From NCBI GenBank assembly GCA_003483745.1, contig DMYD01000042.1, forward strand, positions 101,212-165,211: 64,000 nucleotides of DNA, in the 5' to 3' direction. This stretch comes from Roseburia sp. (GTDB lineage: Bacteria; Bacillota; Clostridia; Lachnospirales; Lachnospiraceae). The position numbers and the translations under genes are program-made. Below, piece after piece: positions 30,242 to 38,613 of the stretch. Positions within the stretch are counted from its first letter, which is position 1, and the number at the start of each line of letters is the position of its first letter. Below the pieces are notes generated by a model. It had not been told where the DNA came from, searched no databases, and was given only the letters and a program-made list of their open reading frames with translations.

Positions 30242-31065
30242 TGTTTATTTGCCCGGTATTCTTTTGGGGACATCTGTTTTTGCTTATGAAACGTCTTGGA
30301 AAAATATAAGCTGTTGTCAAATCCCAGCGAATTTGCGATCGCGGTAATGGACAGGCTGGAGTGTTCTAATAGATAACATGCCTGTTTCATGCGAAAATCA
30401 GTCAGATATTCCTTTGGCGACTGGCCGAGCACGGTTTCAAAGGAGCGGAACAGATGACTTCGGCTGACTCCGACGTAATCTGCGATATCTTCCACGGTGA
30501 TTGCATAAGAATAATTAGAGGAAATATATTCAATGCCTTTCTGCACATAACTGTTGGCAGAATTTTGTTCCGTTGTGTGTGAGGCACCGTGCAAAAACAT
30601 GGCGAGCATTGTATAGAGCCGTCCGGTCATTTCAACAGCGTGTTGAAATTCATTGCCTCTGGCATCATAAATATGAAGTATCTGACGATGGATATCTTTT
30701 CCGTGCGGTGTCGCGCGGATAATTGGCTTTTCCGGCGAAAAGTCCGTTGCTTTTAAGATCATGGAAGCGTCACTGCCTGTAAATCCCACCCATGCATACT
30801 CCCAGGGATCAGTCTCTGCAGCATAATAGACAACCTCTGTATTGGGATACACCAAAAAAGAATCTCCCGCCTGCAATTCATAAGTTCTTTTTCCAATCTT
30901 GTAAAATCCTTTCCCCGAAATAATATAATGAATCAGATAATGATCCCGGATTCCCGGTCCCCATTGATAAAGTGAGTCACATCTCTGAAACCCAACATTA
31001 TAGACGGAAAGCGAAACCAGTTCTTTCTCTGTTACTTTGTAAGAATTTTTATATTTTTCGTACAT
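30229..31065 (-). CDS. AraC family transcriptional regulator (cupin sensor + AraC HTH)
   Basis: An N-terminal cupin-like domain and C-terminal tandem HTH (ITVEDIADYVGVSRSHLFRSF...ITAIANSLGFDNSLYFSKTF). Confidence 0.8.
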   Translation of the reverse strand: MYEKYKNSYKVTEKELVSLSVYNVGFQRCDSLYQWGPGIRDHYLIHYIISGKGFYKIGKRTYELQAGDSFLVYPNTEVVYYAAETDPWEYAWVGFTGSDASMILKATDFSPEKPIIRATPHGKDIHRQILHIYDARGNEFQHAVEMTGRLYTMLAMFLHGASHTTEQNSANSYVQKGIEYISSNYSYAITVEDIADYVGVSRSHLFRSFETVLGQSPKEYLTDFRMKQACYLLEHSSLSITAIANSLGFDNSLYFSKTFHKQKQMSPKEYRANKHYPA

Positions 31066-31345
31066 GGTAGTCCTCCATTATTGTAAATCTTTTTATACAA
31101 CGTCCCCATTTTCAACCAGTTGATTACCGGTATATCCATGCCTGCAGCACATGAAATCCCAAAGGCATGCCAATACCTCTATGCCTCTGCACTCAATAAT
31201 TATATCGGCCCATCAGCCAACATGCAACATTTTTACATATAATTTACACATTTTGGGCTATACATTTGCATAAGAATGGGGTAAGATGTACCCATAACGT
31301 TGAAGGAAAACAAAAAAGACTTGTTATGGAAAGGTGGAAAAAACT

Positions 31346-32362
31346 ATGGCAATTTTAGTTACCGGCGGTGCCGGATTCATTGGAAGTCACACATGCGTAG
31401 AACTGTTAAATGCGGGTTATGAGGTTGTTGTACTTGACAATCTGGTAAACGCATCTGAAAAATCATTAGAGCGTGTAAAAGCAATCACAGGAAAAGAAGT
31501 GACTTTTTATAAAGGAGATATCTTAGACCGCACAATTTTAAATGAGATTTTTGAAAAAGAAAAAATTGACAGCTGTATTCACTTCGCAGGATTAAAGGCT
31601 GTTGGTGAGTCTGTGCAGAAACCTTGGGAATATTACAACAACAATATTTCAGGAACATTGACTCTGGTGGATGTAATGCGCCAGCATAACTGCAAGAACA
31701 TTATTTTCTCATCTTCAGCAACTGTATACGGTGATCCGGCAGAGATCCCGATTACAGAGAACTGCCCGAAGGGTCAGTGCACCAATCCTTATGGATGGAC
31801 AAAATCCATGTTAGAGCAGGTTCTGATGGATATCCAGAAAGCAGATCCGGAGTGGAACGTGATCTTGCTCCGTTACTTTAACCCGATCGGTGCTCATAAG
31901 AGTGGAACCATGGGAGAGAATCCGAACGGTATCCCGAACAACCTGATGCCATACATTACACAGGTGGCAGTCGGCAAATTAAAAGAACTTGGTGTATTTG
32001 GCGACGATTATGATACACCGGACGGAACAGGTGTCAGAGATTATATTCATGTAGTTGACCTTGCACTCGGTCATGTAAAAGCATTAAAGAAGATCGATGA
32101 GAAATGCGGACTTGCAATCTATAACCTTGGAACCGGTCGTGGTTACAGCGTACTTGATATTGTGAAAAACTTTGAAGCTGCAACCGGTGTGAAGATTCCA
32201 TATTCCATCAAACCAAGACGTGCAGGTGATATCGCAACCTGTTACTGCGATCCTTCAAAGGCAGAGCGTGAGCTTGGCTGGAAAGCACAGTATGGCATCA
32301 AAGAGATGTGCGAAGATTCCTGGAGATGGCAGAAGAACAATCCGAACGGATATGACGATTGA
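31346..32362 (+). CDS. galE: UDP-glucose 4-epimerase
   Basis: [15 protein letters not shown], the YxxxK region and the NPxGxHKSG motif ([10 protein letters not shown]). The start is at the ATG 8 nt after AAGGTGG; the track ORF starts at an upstream GTG. Confidence 0.9.
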   Translation: MAILVTGGAGFIGSHTCVELLNAGYEVVVLDNLVNASEKSLERVKAITGKEVTFYKGDILDRTILNEIFEKEKIDSCIHFAGLKAVGESVQKPWEYYNNNISGTLTLVDVMRQHNCKNIIFSSSATVYGDPAEIPITENCPKGQCTNPYGWTKSMLEQVLMDIQKADPEWNVILLRYFNPIGAHKSGTMGENPNGIPNNLMPYITQVAVGKLKELGVFGDDYDTPDGTGVRDYIHVVDLALGHVKALKKIDEKCGLAIYNLGTGRGYSVLDIVKNFEAATGVKIPYSIKPRRAGDIATCYCDPSKAERELGWKAQYGIKEMCEDSWRWQKNNPNGYDD

Positions 32363-32484
32363 TCTGCATAGCTGAAACAGGGAAAACTGTCAAAGGAAGA
32401 GATTGCAGACGGTGTAGGACTTACGATAGAAGAGGTCGATGTCTTTGCGCAGGAATAAATAATTTATAAATGATAAAAACACGG

Positions 32485-32528
32485 AAAACGACTGTAAACG
32501 TAAAAAAATTTACAGTCGTTTTTCTTTA
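32485..32528 (+). terminator. Intrinsic terminator downstream of galE
   Basis: acgactgtaaa / tttacagtcgt (11-bp stem) followed by TTTTTCTTT. Confidence 0.75.
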
Positions 32529-32620
32529 CAAATAATAATATAGTTATTGTTGACATATTATATATTGAATGATACCATTATATGTAGTAATAAGAACTAT
32601 ATATAATAGAGGAGAATGCA

Positions 32621-33694
32621 ATGAAGAAAATTTTTTCAATGAATCGTTTTGAAGGATGGAATCTGAGTCTGCCGCTGATCCAGGGCGGCATGGGAGTTGG
32701 TGTGAGTTTAAGCAGCCTGGCTGGCGCGGTTGCATCGGAGGGCGGCATGGGCGTGATCTCCACGGCACAGATCGGATTTGAGGAACCGGATTTTGTGGGA
32801 AATGAAGAAGCGTGCAATCTGCGCAGTATCCGAAAGCATATCGTGCGTGCAAAAGAACTGGCATCTGGAAAAGGAATGATAGCAGTCAACGTCATGGTGG
32901 CATTACAGCAATACAGGGAGCATGTTAAAGAGGCGGTGCGTGCCGGGGCGGATGCGGTAATCTGCGGAGCCGGGCTTCCAGTGGATCTGCCGGAGCTGGT
33001 AGAAGCAGGAAAAACAAAAATCGCACCGATCGTATCGTCAAGGCGCGCGGCGGCGCTGCTTTTAAAAACATGGGATAAAAAATACGGCAGGACAGCGGAC
33101 TTTATCGTCGCAGAGGGGCCGGAGGCGGGCGGACATCTTGGATTTTCGAGAGACCAGTTAGATGATATTCGTGAGATACGCTTCGAGGAAGAACTGGCGG
33201 CGATCATAGAGGAAAAGAAAAAATACGAGGAGAAGTATGGAAAGCAGATCCCTGTATTCGCAGCAGGCGGGATCTGGGATGCATCCGATGCAAAGCGGAT
33301 CGAGGCACTCGGAGCAGACGGAGTTCAGGCAGCGACAAGATTTGTTGCGACAAAAGAGTGCGACGCTTCCTTAGGATATAAAAAAGCATATGTGAATGCG
33401 AAAGAAACTGATGTAAAAATCATTCAAAGTCCGGTCGGCATGCCGGGACGTGCATTAAACAATGCTTTTATCCAAAAGACAGAACGGGCATCGGAGAGAG
33501 TGGAGCGCTGTTATCACTGCATTAAAAACTGTAAACCGGCGCAGATTCCGTACTGCATCACACAGGCGTTGATCCGTGCTGTACATGGAGATGTTGAAAA
33601 TGGACTTGTATTTTGCGGATTGAATGTTGGAAAAATAGATCGGATTTCGACGGTGCGTGAAGTAATAGAGGATCTGATGTATGAAAAAATGTAA
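32621..33694 (+). CDS. NAD(P)H-dependent flavin oxidoreductase, nitronate monooxygenase / FabK-like family, with C-terminal Cys cluster
   Basis: QGGMGVGVS...LAGAVASEGGMGVIS FMN-binding N-terminus. The C-terminus carries CYHCIKNCKPAQIPYC. Confidence 0.7.
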   Translation: MKKIFSMNRFEGWNLSLPLIQGGMGVGVSLSSLAGAVASEGGMGVISTAQIGFEEPDFVGNEEACNLRSIRKHIVRAKELASGKGMIAVNVMVALQQYREHVKEAVRAGADAVICGAGLPVDLPELVEAGKTKIAPIVSSRRAAALLLKTWDKKYGRTADFIVAEGPEAGGHLGFSRDQLDDIREIRFEEELAAIIEEKKKYEEKYGKQIPVFAAGGIWDASDAKRIEALGADGVQAATRFVATKECDASLGYKKAYVNAKETDVKIIQSPVGMPGRALNNAFIQKTERASERVERCYHCIKNCKPAQIPYCITQALIRAVHGDVENGLVFCGLNVGKIDRISTVREVIEDLMYEKM

Positions 33695-33782
33695 ATATGC
33701 AATGAAAACGGCGAAAAAAATTATATGAAATTGTGTAAATTGTTCATATTTTTAAAAAAATAAAAAAACTTCAAAAAAAGAC

Positions 33783-33810
33783 TTGCAAATAAAAAAAAGC
33801 ATGCTATAAT
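33783..33810 (+). promoter_or_regulatory. Promoter of the tRNA-Glu array (TTGCAA-16-TGcTATAAT, extended -10)
   Basis: Read directly; the first tRNA starts ~12 nt downstream. Confidence 0.5.
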
Positions 33811-33822
33811 AAGTATCAGTTC

Positions 33823-33894
33823 GGCTCGTTGGTCAAGCGGTTAAGACGCCGCCCTCTCACGGCGGAAACAGGGGTTCGATTCCCCTACGAGCTA
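33823..33894 (+). tRNA. tRNA-Glu (anticodon CUC), copy 1
   Basis: A manually folded cloverleaf: 7-bp acceptor stem, anticodon stem CCGCC/GGCGG, loop CTCTCAC, 4-nt variable loop, T-loop TTCGATT. No encoded CCA. Confidence 0.75.
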
Positions 33895-33929
33895 CTCTGT
33901 TTTTATAACAGAGATGAACAAATACTTAT

Positions 33930-34001
33930 GGCCCGTTGGTCAAGCGGTTAAGACGCCGCCCTCTCACGGCGGAAACAGGGGTTCGATTCCCCTACGAGCT
34001 A
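33930..34001 (+). tRNA. tRNA-Glu (anticodon CUC), copy 2
   Basis: Identical to copy 1 except for position 4 (C instead of U), which gives a C4:A69 acceptor-stem mismatch. Confidence 0.7.
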
Positions 34002-34036
34002 TTCTGTTTTATAACAGAGATAAATCAAATATTTGT

Positions 34037-34108
34037 GGCCCGTTGGTCAAGCGGTTAAGACGCCGCCCTCTCACGGCGGAAACAGGGGTTCGATTCCCCT
34101 ACGAGCTA
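34037..34108 (+). tRNA. tRNA-Glu (anticodon CUC), copy 3
   Basis: Identical to copy 2. Confidence 0.7.
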
Positions 34109-34287
34109 CTCACTGTTATTTCGAAAGAGATAAACAGCCCAACCCGGAAGTTGTCAGTATACCAGATGGTGTATTGGCAATTTTTTTAATTCATAGGAAA
34201 TTATGTCCTATGAATTAAAAAGCCCTCCGGGCGGGATGCGCATCTCGCGGAGCAGAAGTTAGCTGTAAACAGCACCGCTCGAGCGCG

Positions 34288-34316
34288 AAAGAGTCGCAAG
34301 CGACTCTTTGTTCTTG
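34288..34316 (+). terminator. Putative terminator of the tRNA array (gagtcgc-aa-gcgactc followed by TTTGTTCTT)
   Basis: Inverted repeat with a T-rich tail. Additional 13-bp AT-rich hairpin at ~34182-34214. Confidence 0.45.
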
Positions 34317-34376
34317 TCAAAAACAGGTATCTTTTACAAATATGTTATGCTACAATGGAACGCAGGGGGGATTGGG

Positions 34377-34898
34377 ATGAAAAACAAAATCTACAAAAAA
34401 ATAAAAAAATGGAAAGCAAGGCTTGGGGAAGATATTTTCTGTATCGTTGAACCAAACCCGTTTCTGGCGCAAATGATGGTGTTTTTGTGGGGAATCGTCG
34501 GTGTCATGCTGGTCTGTGATATTGTATTGTGTGTTTCGGATTATCATAAGGCAGGGATGCAGGAGATCATAAAAGATCTTCCGGTGCTTGTTATGACGCT
34601 GGCGCTTATTTTATTTTTGTGCTGGGGGCGGAAAAGTACACTGACCGAGGTGGCGGCAGGCGCGCACAGAATTGGAACAAAAACGGGAACACTGGGCAGG
34701 TGCAGGATCTTTACGTGGGATGAGGTCGTGTCAAAAAAAGAATTTTTTGAGAGAGTCACATTTTATGGAAAAAAGGGAAAAAAACTGTTTGTGGTAAGTA
34801 AGCAGTATGCCGGATATGAGAGTTTTTTACAGATGTATCTTGACCATGTGATGATAAGGCAGAATCAGACAACGGTAAAAAGCGGCGAAAGGAGATAG
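34377..34898 (+). CDS. Small membrane protein: two TM helices plus a ~90 aa C-terminal soluble domain (bacterial PH-like?), first gene of the Hsp70 module
   Basis: Start at MKNKIYKK, preceded by a G-rich RBS; the track ORF starts at an upstream TTG. The stop overlaps the RBS of the next gene. Confidence 0.45.
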   Translation: MKNKIYKKIKKWKARLGEDIFCIVEPNPFLAQMMVFLWGIVGVMLVCDIVLCVSDYHKAGMQEIIKDLPVLVMTLALILFLCWGRKSTLTEVAAGAHRIGTKTGTLGRCRIFTWDEVVSKKEFFERVTFYGKKGKKLFVVSKQYAGYESFLQMYLDHVMIRQNQTTVKSGERR

Positions 34899-34901
34899 CA
34901 G

Positions 34902-36611
34902 ATGGCAGTGATAGGGATTGATCTTGGCACGACCAACAGTCTCTGTGCGGTATGCAGGGACGGAAAGATCGAACTGGTGCCAAATCCGAACGGTGATTAC
35001 CTGACGCCGTCCGTTGTGAGTTTTGGAGATCAGGGGGAGGTCTATGTCGGAAAGATCGCAAAGGAAATGCAGATCACAAGACCAAAGCAGACTTTTGCGG
35101 AGTTCAAGCGCGATATGGGGACGGATCGGATTTTTCGGGCATGCGGGCAGGAGTACCGGGCAGAGGAACTGTCTGCGTTTGTCCTGAAAAAATTAAAAGA
35201 GGATGCGGAGAAGTTTCTCGGTGAGCCGGTTACCGAAGCGGTCATCAGTGTCCCGGCATATTTTGATGACGACAGGCGTTACGCAACGAAAAATGCCGGA
35301 AAACTGGCAGGACTTTATGTGGAACGGATCGTCAATGAGCCGTCTGCGGTTGCCCTGCGCCATCAGGTGCGGGAAAAGGAGATGGAGACTTTCATTATCT
35401 TTGATTTTGGAGGTGGAACATTAGACGTGTCTTTGGTGGAAGCGTTTGACAATATGGTCGAGATCCGGGCGGTTGCGGGCGATAACCATCTGGGCGGTAA
35501 GGATTTTAATGAGGTCATAGCGGAGGATTTTCTGAAAAACTGTGGGATTGATCCGTCTTCTCTGGGCGAAAAGGAACACGGGATCGTTTTGCGGGAGGCA
35601 GAACTTTTAAAGAAACAGCTCTCAAAAGAGGATACGGCAGAAAGAACCGTTCTGCTCGGAGAAAAAGAATATGTGATGCGGCTTGACAATCAGAAGCTGA
35701 TCAGGATAGCGGCAGGATTGTTTCAGAGGATGTCTGTCCCGTTAAAGCGGGTGATGGATGATGCCGGTATGCAATGGGAGGATATTGACCGCATCATTCT
35801 TGCGGGCGGATCCTCTAAGATGCCGGTCGTCAGGCGTTATGTGGAAAGTATTTCTGAAACAGAAGTTGTGATGGGTGACAGGCCGGATGAATGTGTTGCC
35901 ATCGGGGTAGGTCTGGCTGTGGCGATCAAGGAGCGGTCTGTGGAATGGAAAGACATGATCCTTGCCGATATCTGTCCGTTTTCTTTGGGAACAGAAATCT
36001 ATGATGGAACATTTTCGACGATCATTGAACGGAATGATGCGCTCCCGTGCAGCAGATCGGGTTATTATGTGACGACAGCGGACAACCAGACGACAATGCA
36101 TTTTAAAATTTATCAGGGAGAACATTTGAACGCAAAAGAGAATCTTTTGCTTGGGGAACTTGATATTATGGACCTGCCGGAAGCTCCGGCGGGAGAGGCT
36201 GGGGTTTTGGTGACTTTTTTATATGATATCAACGGGATTTTGGATATCCATATTAAAAGTGCCACGAATGAGGTCCGAAAGGTCATACTCAATAAGAATA
36301 TCCGGATGTCAGGGGAAGAATTAGACAAGTGCATTGAAAAAATGAATCAGACAGCGCTTTATCCGGCGGGCAGGGAGAGAAACCGGCTGCTTGTGGAGCG
36401 CGCGAAGCGTCTGTTTGAGGAGAGCAGCGGAGTTGTCCGCGAAAATATCAGGGTATTGTTAAAGCAGTTTGCGGAGGCGGTGGACTATGGGGCAGAGCGT
36501 GACATCCGGGAGCAGTATGTGCGGCTGTCCATCTATTTAGAAGCGGTGGAACAGAACCGGGTTTCTTTAAAGGAAGATCCTTCTTTCTGGGAAGAACATG
36601 AGGATGAGTAG
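34902..36611 (+). CDS. Hsp70 family protein, HscC-like (short C-terminal lid)
   Basis: MAVIGIDLGTTNS, the DFGGGTLDVS phosphate-2 motif, IILAGGSSKMP, and a substrate-binding beta domain DICPFSLGTE. At 569 aa it is shorter than DnaK. Confidence 0.8.
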   Translation: MAVIGIDLGTTNSLCAVCRDGKIELVPNPNGDYLTPSVVSFGDQGEVYVGKIAKEMQITRPKQTFAEFKRDMGTDRIFRACGQEYRAEELSAFVLKKLKEDAEKFLGEPVTEAVISVPAYFDDDRRYATKNAGKLAGLYVERIVNEPSAVALRHQVREKEMETFIIFDFGGGTLDVSLVEAFDNMVEIRAVAGDNHLGGKDFNEVIAEDFLKNCGIDPSSLGEKEHGIVLREAELLKKQLSKEDTAERTVLLGEKEYVMRLDNQKLIRIAAGLFQRMSVPLKRVMDDAGMQWEDIDRIILAGGSSKMPVVRRYVESISETEVVMGDRPDECVAIGVGLAVAIKERSVEWKDMILADICPFSLGTEIYDGTFSTIIERNDALPCSRSGYYVTTADNQTTMHFKIYQGEHLNAKENLLLGELDIMDLPEAPAGEAGVLVTFLYDINGILDIHIKSATNEVRKVILNKNIRMSGEELDKCIEKMNQTALYPAGRERNRLLVERAKRLFEESSGVVRENIRVLLKQFAEAVDYGAERDIREQYVRLSIYLEAVEQNRVSLKEDPSFWEEHEDE

Positions 36612-36614
36612 CAT

Positions 36615-37448
36615 ATGGATATCTGGGAAATATTAGGGATAGAGGAGACTTTTGATAAAACAGAAATAAAAAGGGCATACGCGAGAAAGGCAAAGCTGTA
36701 TCACCCGGAGGAACATCCAGAGGAATATCAGAGACTGCGCAGCGCATACCGTATGGCAGTGAAACTGGCGGAGGAAAGCAAAACAACGACGGAAACTGAT
36801 ACAGACGTGCCGGTATGGGAGGATGAAACAGAGAAGCCATCCGAGGGGGAGAATCCTTATAATTATGAAGAGGTCGCTTCTTATGTTTCAAAGGAGAACG
36901 AAGAGCAGTTCTTTTTAGAGTTTGATCTATTGATGGGAAATCCCTGTCTGACAAATCAGATCAACTGTTTTCGGGCTTTGTTTTCGCGTGAGGAATACAG
37001 ACCGCTATTTTCGGATGCAGGGGTGCGCCGGAAATTAGGGGAAAGGATCCTGACATGCAAAAATTTCGGCTCGCATATGCTGGATTTTTTTGAGACTTAC
37101 TTAGCGGATGATGATCCGGACAGCATTTTAAAACAGAAAGAATGGCGCAGACTGCGGAAAGCGGCGGCAGCAACAGCGCAGAAAGACATTTCCATAACAG
37201 CGGCGCCGGAGGAAATCGACGAGCACCAGTGGATCTTATACCGGCTGCGTTCTGCCGGATATGCAGGGCTTACCACACAAAAAGCCGCGGAATTATATTT
37301 AGAACAGTATCTGCCGTGGGCGAAGGAGCACAGGGAAGAACTGGCTGCATTCCGGAAAAAGAAAAGGAAACAGTATCTTGCATGGAATATCGGCGTTGTT
37401 GCCGGGGTTTTTGGTGCGGTTTTTCTGTTCTGGTTTCTTGTGGCGTAA
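36615..37448 (+). CDS. J-domain protein with C-terminal transmembrane anchor; the HPD motif is replaced by HPE
   Basis: N-terminal J-domain DIWEILGIEETFDKTEIKRAYARKAKLYHPEEHPEEYQRL and a C-terminal TM helix WNIGVVAGVFGAVFLFWFLVA. The ATG lies 3 nt after the Hsp70 stop. Confidence 0.7.
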   Translation: MDIWEILGIEETFDKTEIKRAYARKAKLYHPEEHPEEYQRLRSAYRMAVKLAEESKTTTETDTDVPVWEDETEKPSEGENPYNYEEVASYVSKENEEQFFLEFDLLMGNPCLTNQINCFRALFSREEYRPLFSDAGVRRKLGERILTCKNFGSHMLDFFETYLADDDPDSILKQKEWRRLRKAAAATAQKDISITAAPEEIDEHQWILYRLRSAGYAGLTTQKAAELYLEQYLPWAKEHREELAAFRKKKRKQYLAWNIGVVAGVFGAVFLFWFLVA

Positions 37449-37575
37449 AATATAAATTTTTGGGCGTAATGTTTTCCTTTGCTTTTTTGATTGAGAATAT
37501 GTTTGATTTGACATATTTGAAGAAATATAATAAAAAGAACGGCTGGTATGTGAATTGGGCATTATAATAATAAAC

Positions 37576-37893
37576 TGTTGACCGATGATATTCGATATTT
37601 AGGCGTTGGAGGTCATCTATTTGCTATTGATGAGGTAAATGCTAAAAAAATAATGGAGGTGTATGACTATGACTGGACAGATGAAGAAATATAGAGATTC
37701 TTTAGAAAAACACCGGAACCTGTTTTGTTAAGTCAGATCCAGACCAAAATAGATTTGAGAGGACTTATGCATTATGCAAAAGAAAAAGGAAAGAAAGAAT
37801 GTCATTTATTAAGAAATAGCTTGCATTTTAAAGAGGAAAGTGTTACATTATTAAATGATAACACGATGACTTGATTGAGAGAGGACGAAAGCC
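37576..37893 (+). pseudogene. Probable decayed gene remnant: protein-like fragments in two frames, interrupted by stops
   Basis: Frame 0 reads ...IRYLGVGGHLFAIDEVNAKKIMEVYDYDWTDEEI*. Frame +1 and +2 segments read KYRDSLEKHRNLFC* and IDLRGLMHYAKEKGKKECHLLRNSLHFKEESVTLLNDNTMT*. There is no single intact ORF. Confidence 0.25.
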
Positions 37894-37985
37894 CTCTCTC
37901 AATTCACGTTTAGGAGCCATGTATTCTGACGAGTGAAAGAATCTGGCAAAAGGAAAACTGAATATGGAAGAAAGAAGGTGTACAC

Positions 37986-38453
37986 ATGTCAAAACGTGAA
38001 ACATACGAAACGCGCACCGAAGAACTGATTACTCCGATCTTAGACCGCATGAATTTTGAACTGGTCGATGTGGAGTATGTAAAGGAAGGCGGTACCTGGT
38101 ACTTAAGAGCCTATATCGACAAGGAAGGCGGCATCACTGTAAATGACTGTGAGGCAGTGGCGCGGGAGATGAACGAGATTTTAGACCGTGAAGATTTCGT
38201 GGATGATTCCTATGTTTTTGAGGTCAGCTCTCCGGGACTTGGCAGACCGCTGAAAAAAGAAAAAGATTATATCCGCAGCATGGGAAAAGAAGTAGAGATA
38301 CGAACCTACCGTGCAATCAACCGTGAAAAGGAATTTTATGGTATTTTGTCTGCATATGATGAAAATACCGTGACGATAAAAACAGAGGATGAGACCGAAA
38401 TGACGTTTGAAAAGAGCGATATCGCACTGATCCGTCTGGCTTTTGATTTTTAA
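37986..38453 (+). CDS. rimP: Ribosome maturation factor RimP
   Basis: 155 aa; ELVDVEYVKEGGTWYLRAYIDKEGGI...FEVSSPGLGRPL. Confidence 0.9.
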   Translation: MSKRETYETRTEELITPILDRMNFELVDVEYVKEGGTWYLRAYIDKEGGITVNDCEAVAREMNEILDREDFVDDSYVFEVSSPGLGRPLKKEKDYIRSMGKEVEIRTYRAINREKEFYGILSAYDENTVTIKTEDETEMTFEKSDIALIRLAFDF

Positions 38454-38468
38454 AGATTCAATAAAACT

Positions 38469-38605
38469 AAAGGAGGAAAATCCTTTGCTCGTCAGAGGAT
38501 AAATTTTACAATGTAAAATTGCATTTTGCTCCGCAAAACAAAAGGAGGAAAATCCTCTGCTCCTGCAAAGGCAGTCGCATTTTGCTCCGCAAAACAAAAG
38601 GAGGA
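38469..38605 (+). repeat. Duplicated Shine-Dalgarno-containing elements in the rimP-nusA intergenic region
   Basis: A 29-nt exact direct repeat gcattttgctccgcaaaacaaaaggagga at ~38521-38549 and ~38577-38605. A second repeat aaaggaggaaaatcct at ~38469 and ~38541. A 9-bp AT hairpin aattttaca/tgtaaaatt at ~38501-38520. Confidence 0.5.
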
Positions 38606-38613
38606 TTTATAAA

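Noticed and set aside
32578-33207. 209-aa minus-strand ORF (and the overlapping 32544..32864 ORF).
   Set aside because: It is antisense to the well-supported nitronate-monooxygenase-family gene. Its Ala/Ser/Pro-rich composition comes from the GC-rich third positions of the sense gene.
33823-34108. Three near-identical 72-nt repeats with ~35-nt spacers; considered as a CRISPR-like array.
   Set aside because: The repeats fold as canonical tRNA cloverleafs. The spacers are near-identical to each other and no cas genes are present. This is a tRNA gene array, not CRISPR.
33914-34218. Two + strand ORFs encoding ...WPVGQAVKTPPSHGGNRGSIPLRA...
   Set aside because: They read straight through the tandem tRNA-Glu genes, and the repeated peptide is the translation of the tRNA sequence. 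They are not coding.
37142-37567. 141-aa + strand ORF overlapping the 3' end of the J-protein gene.
   Set aside because: It is in an alternative frame of a gene with clear domain structure and runs into a non-coding AT-rich spacer. It has no RBS.
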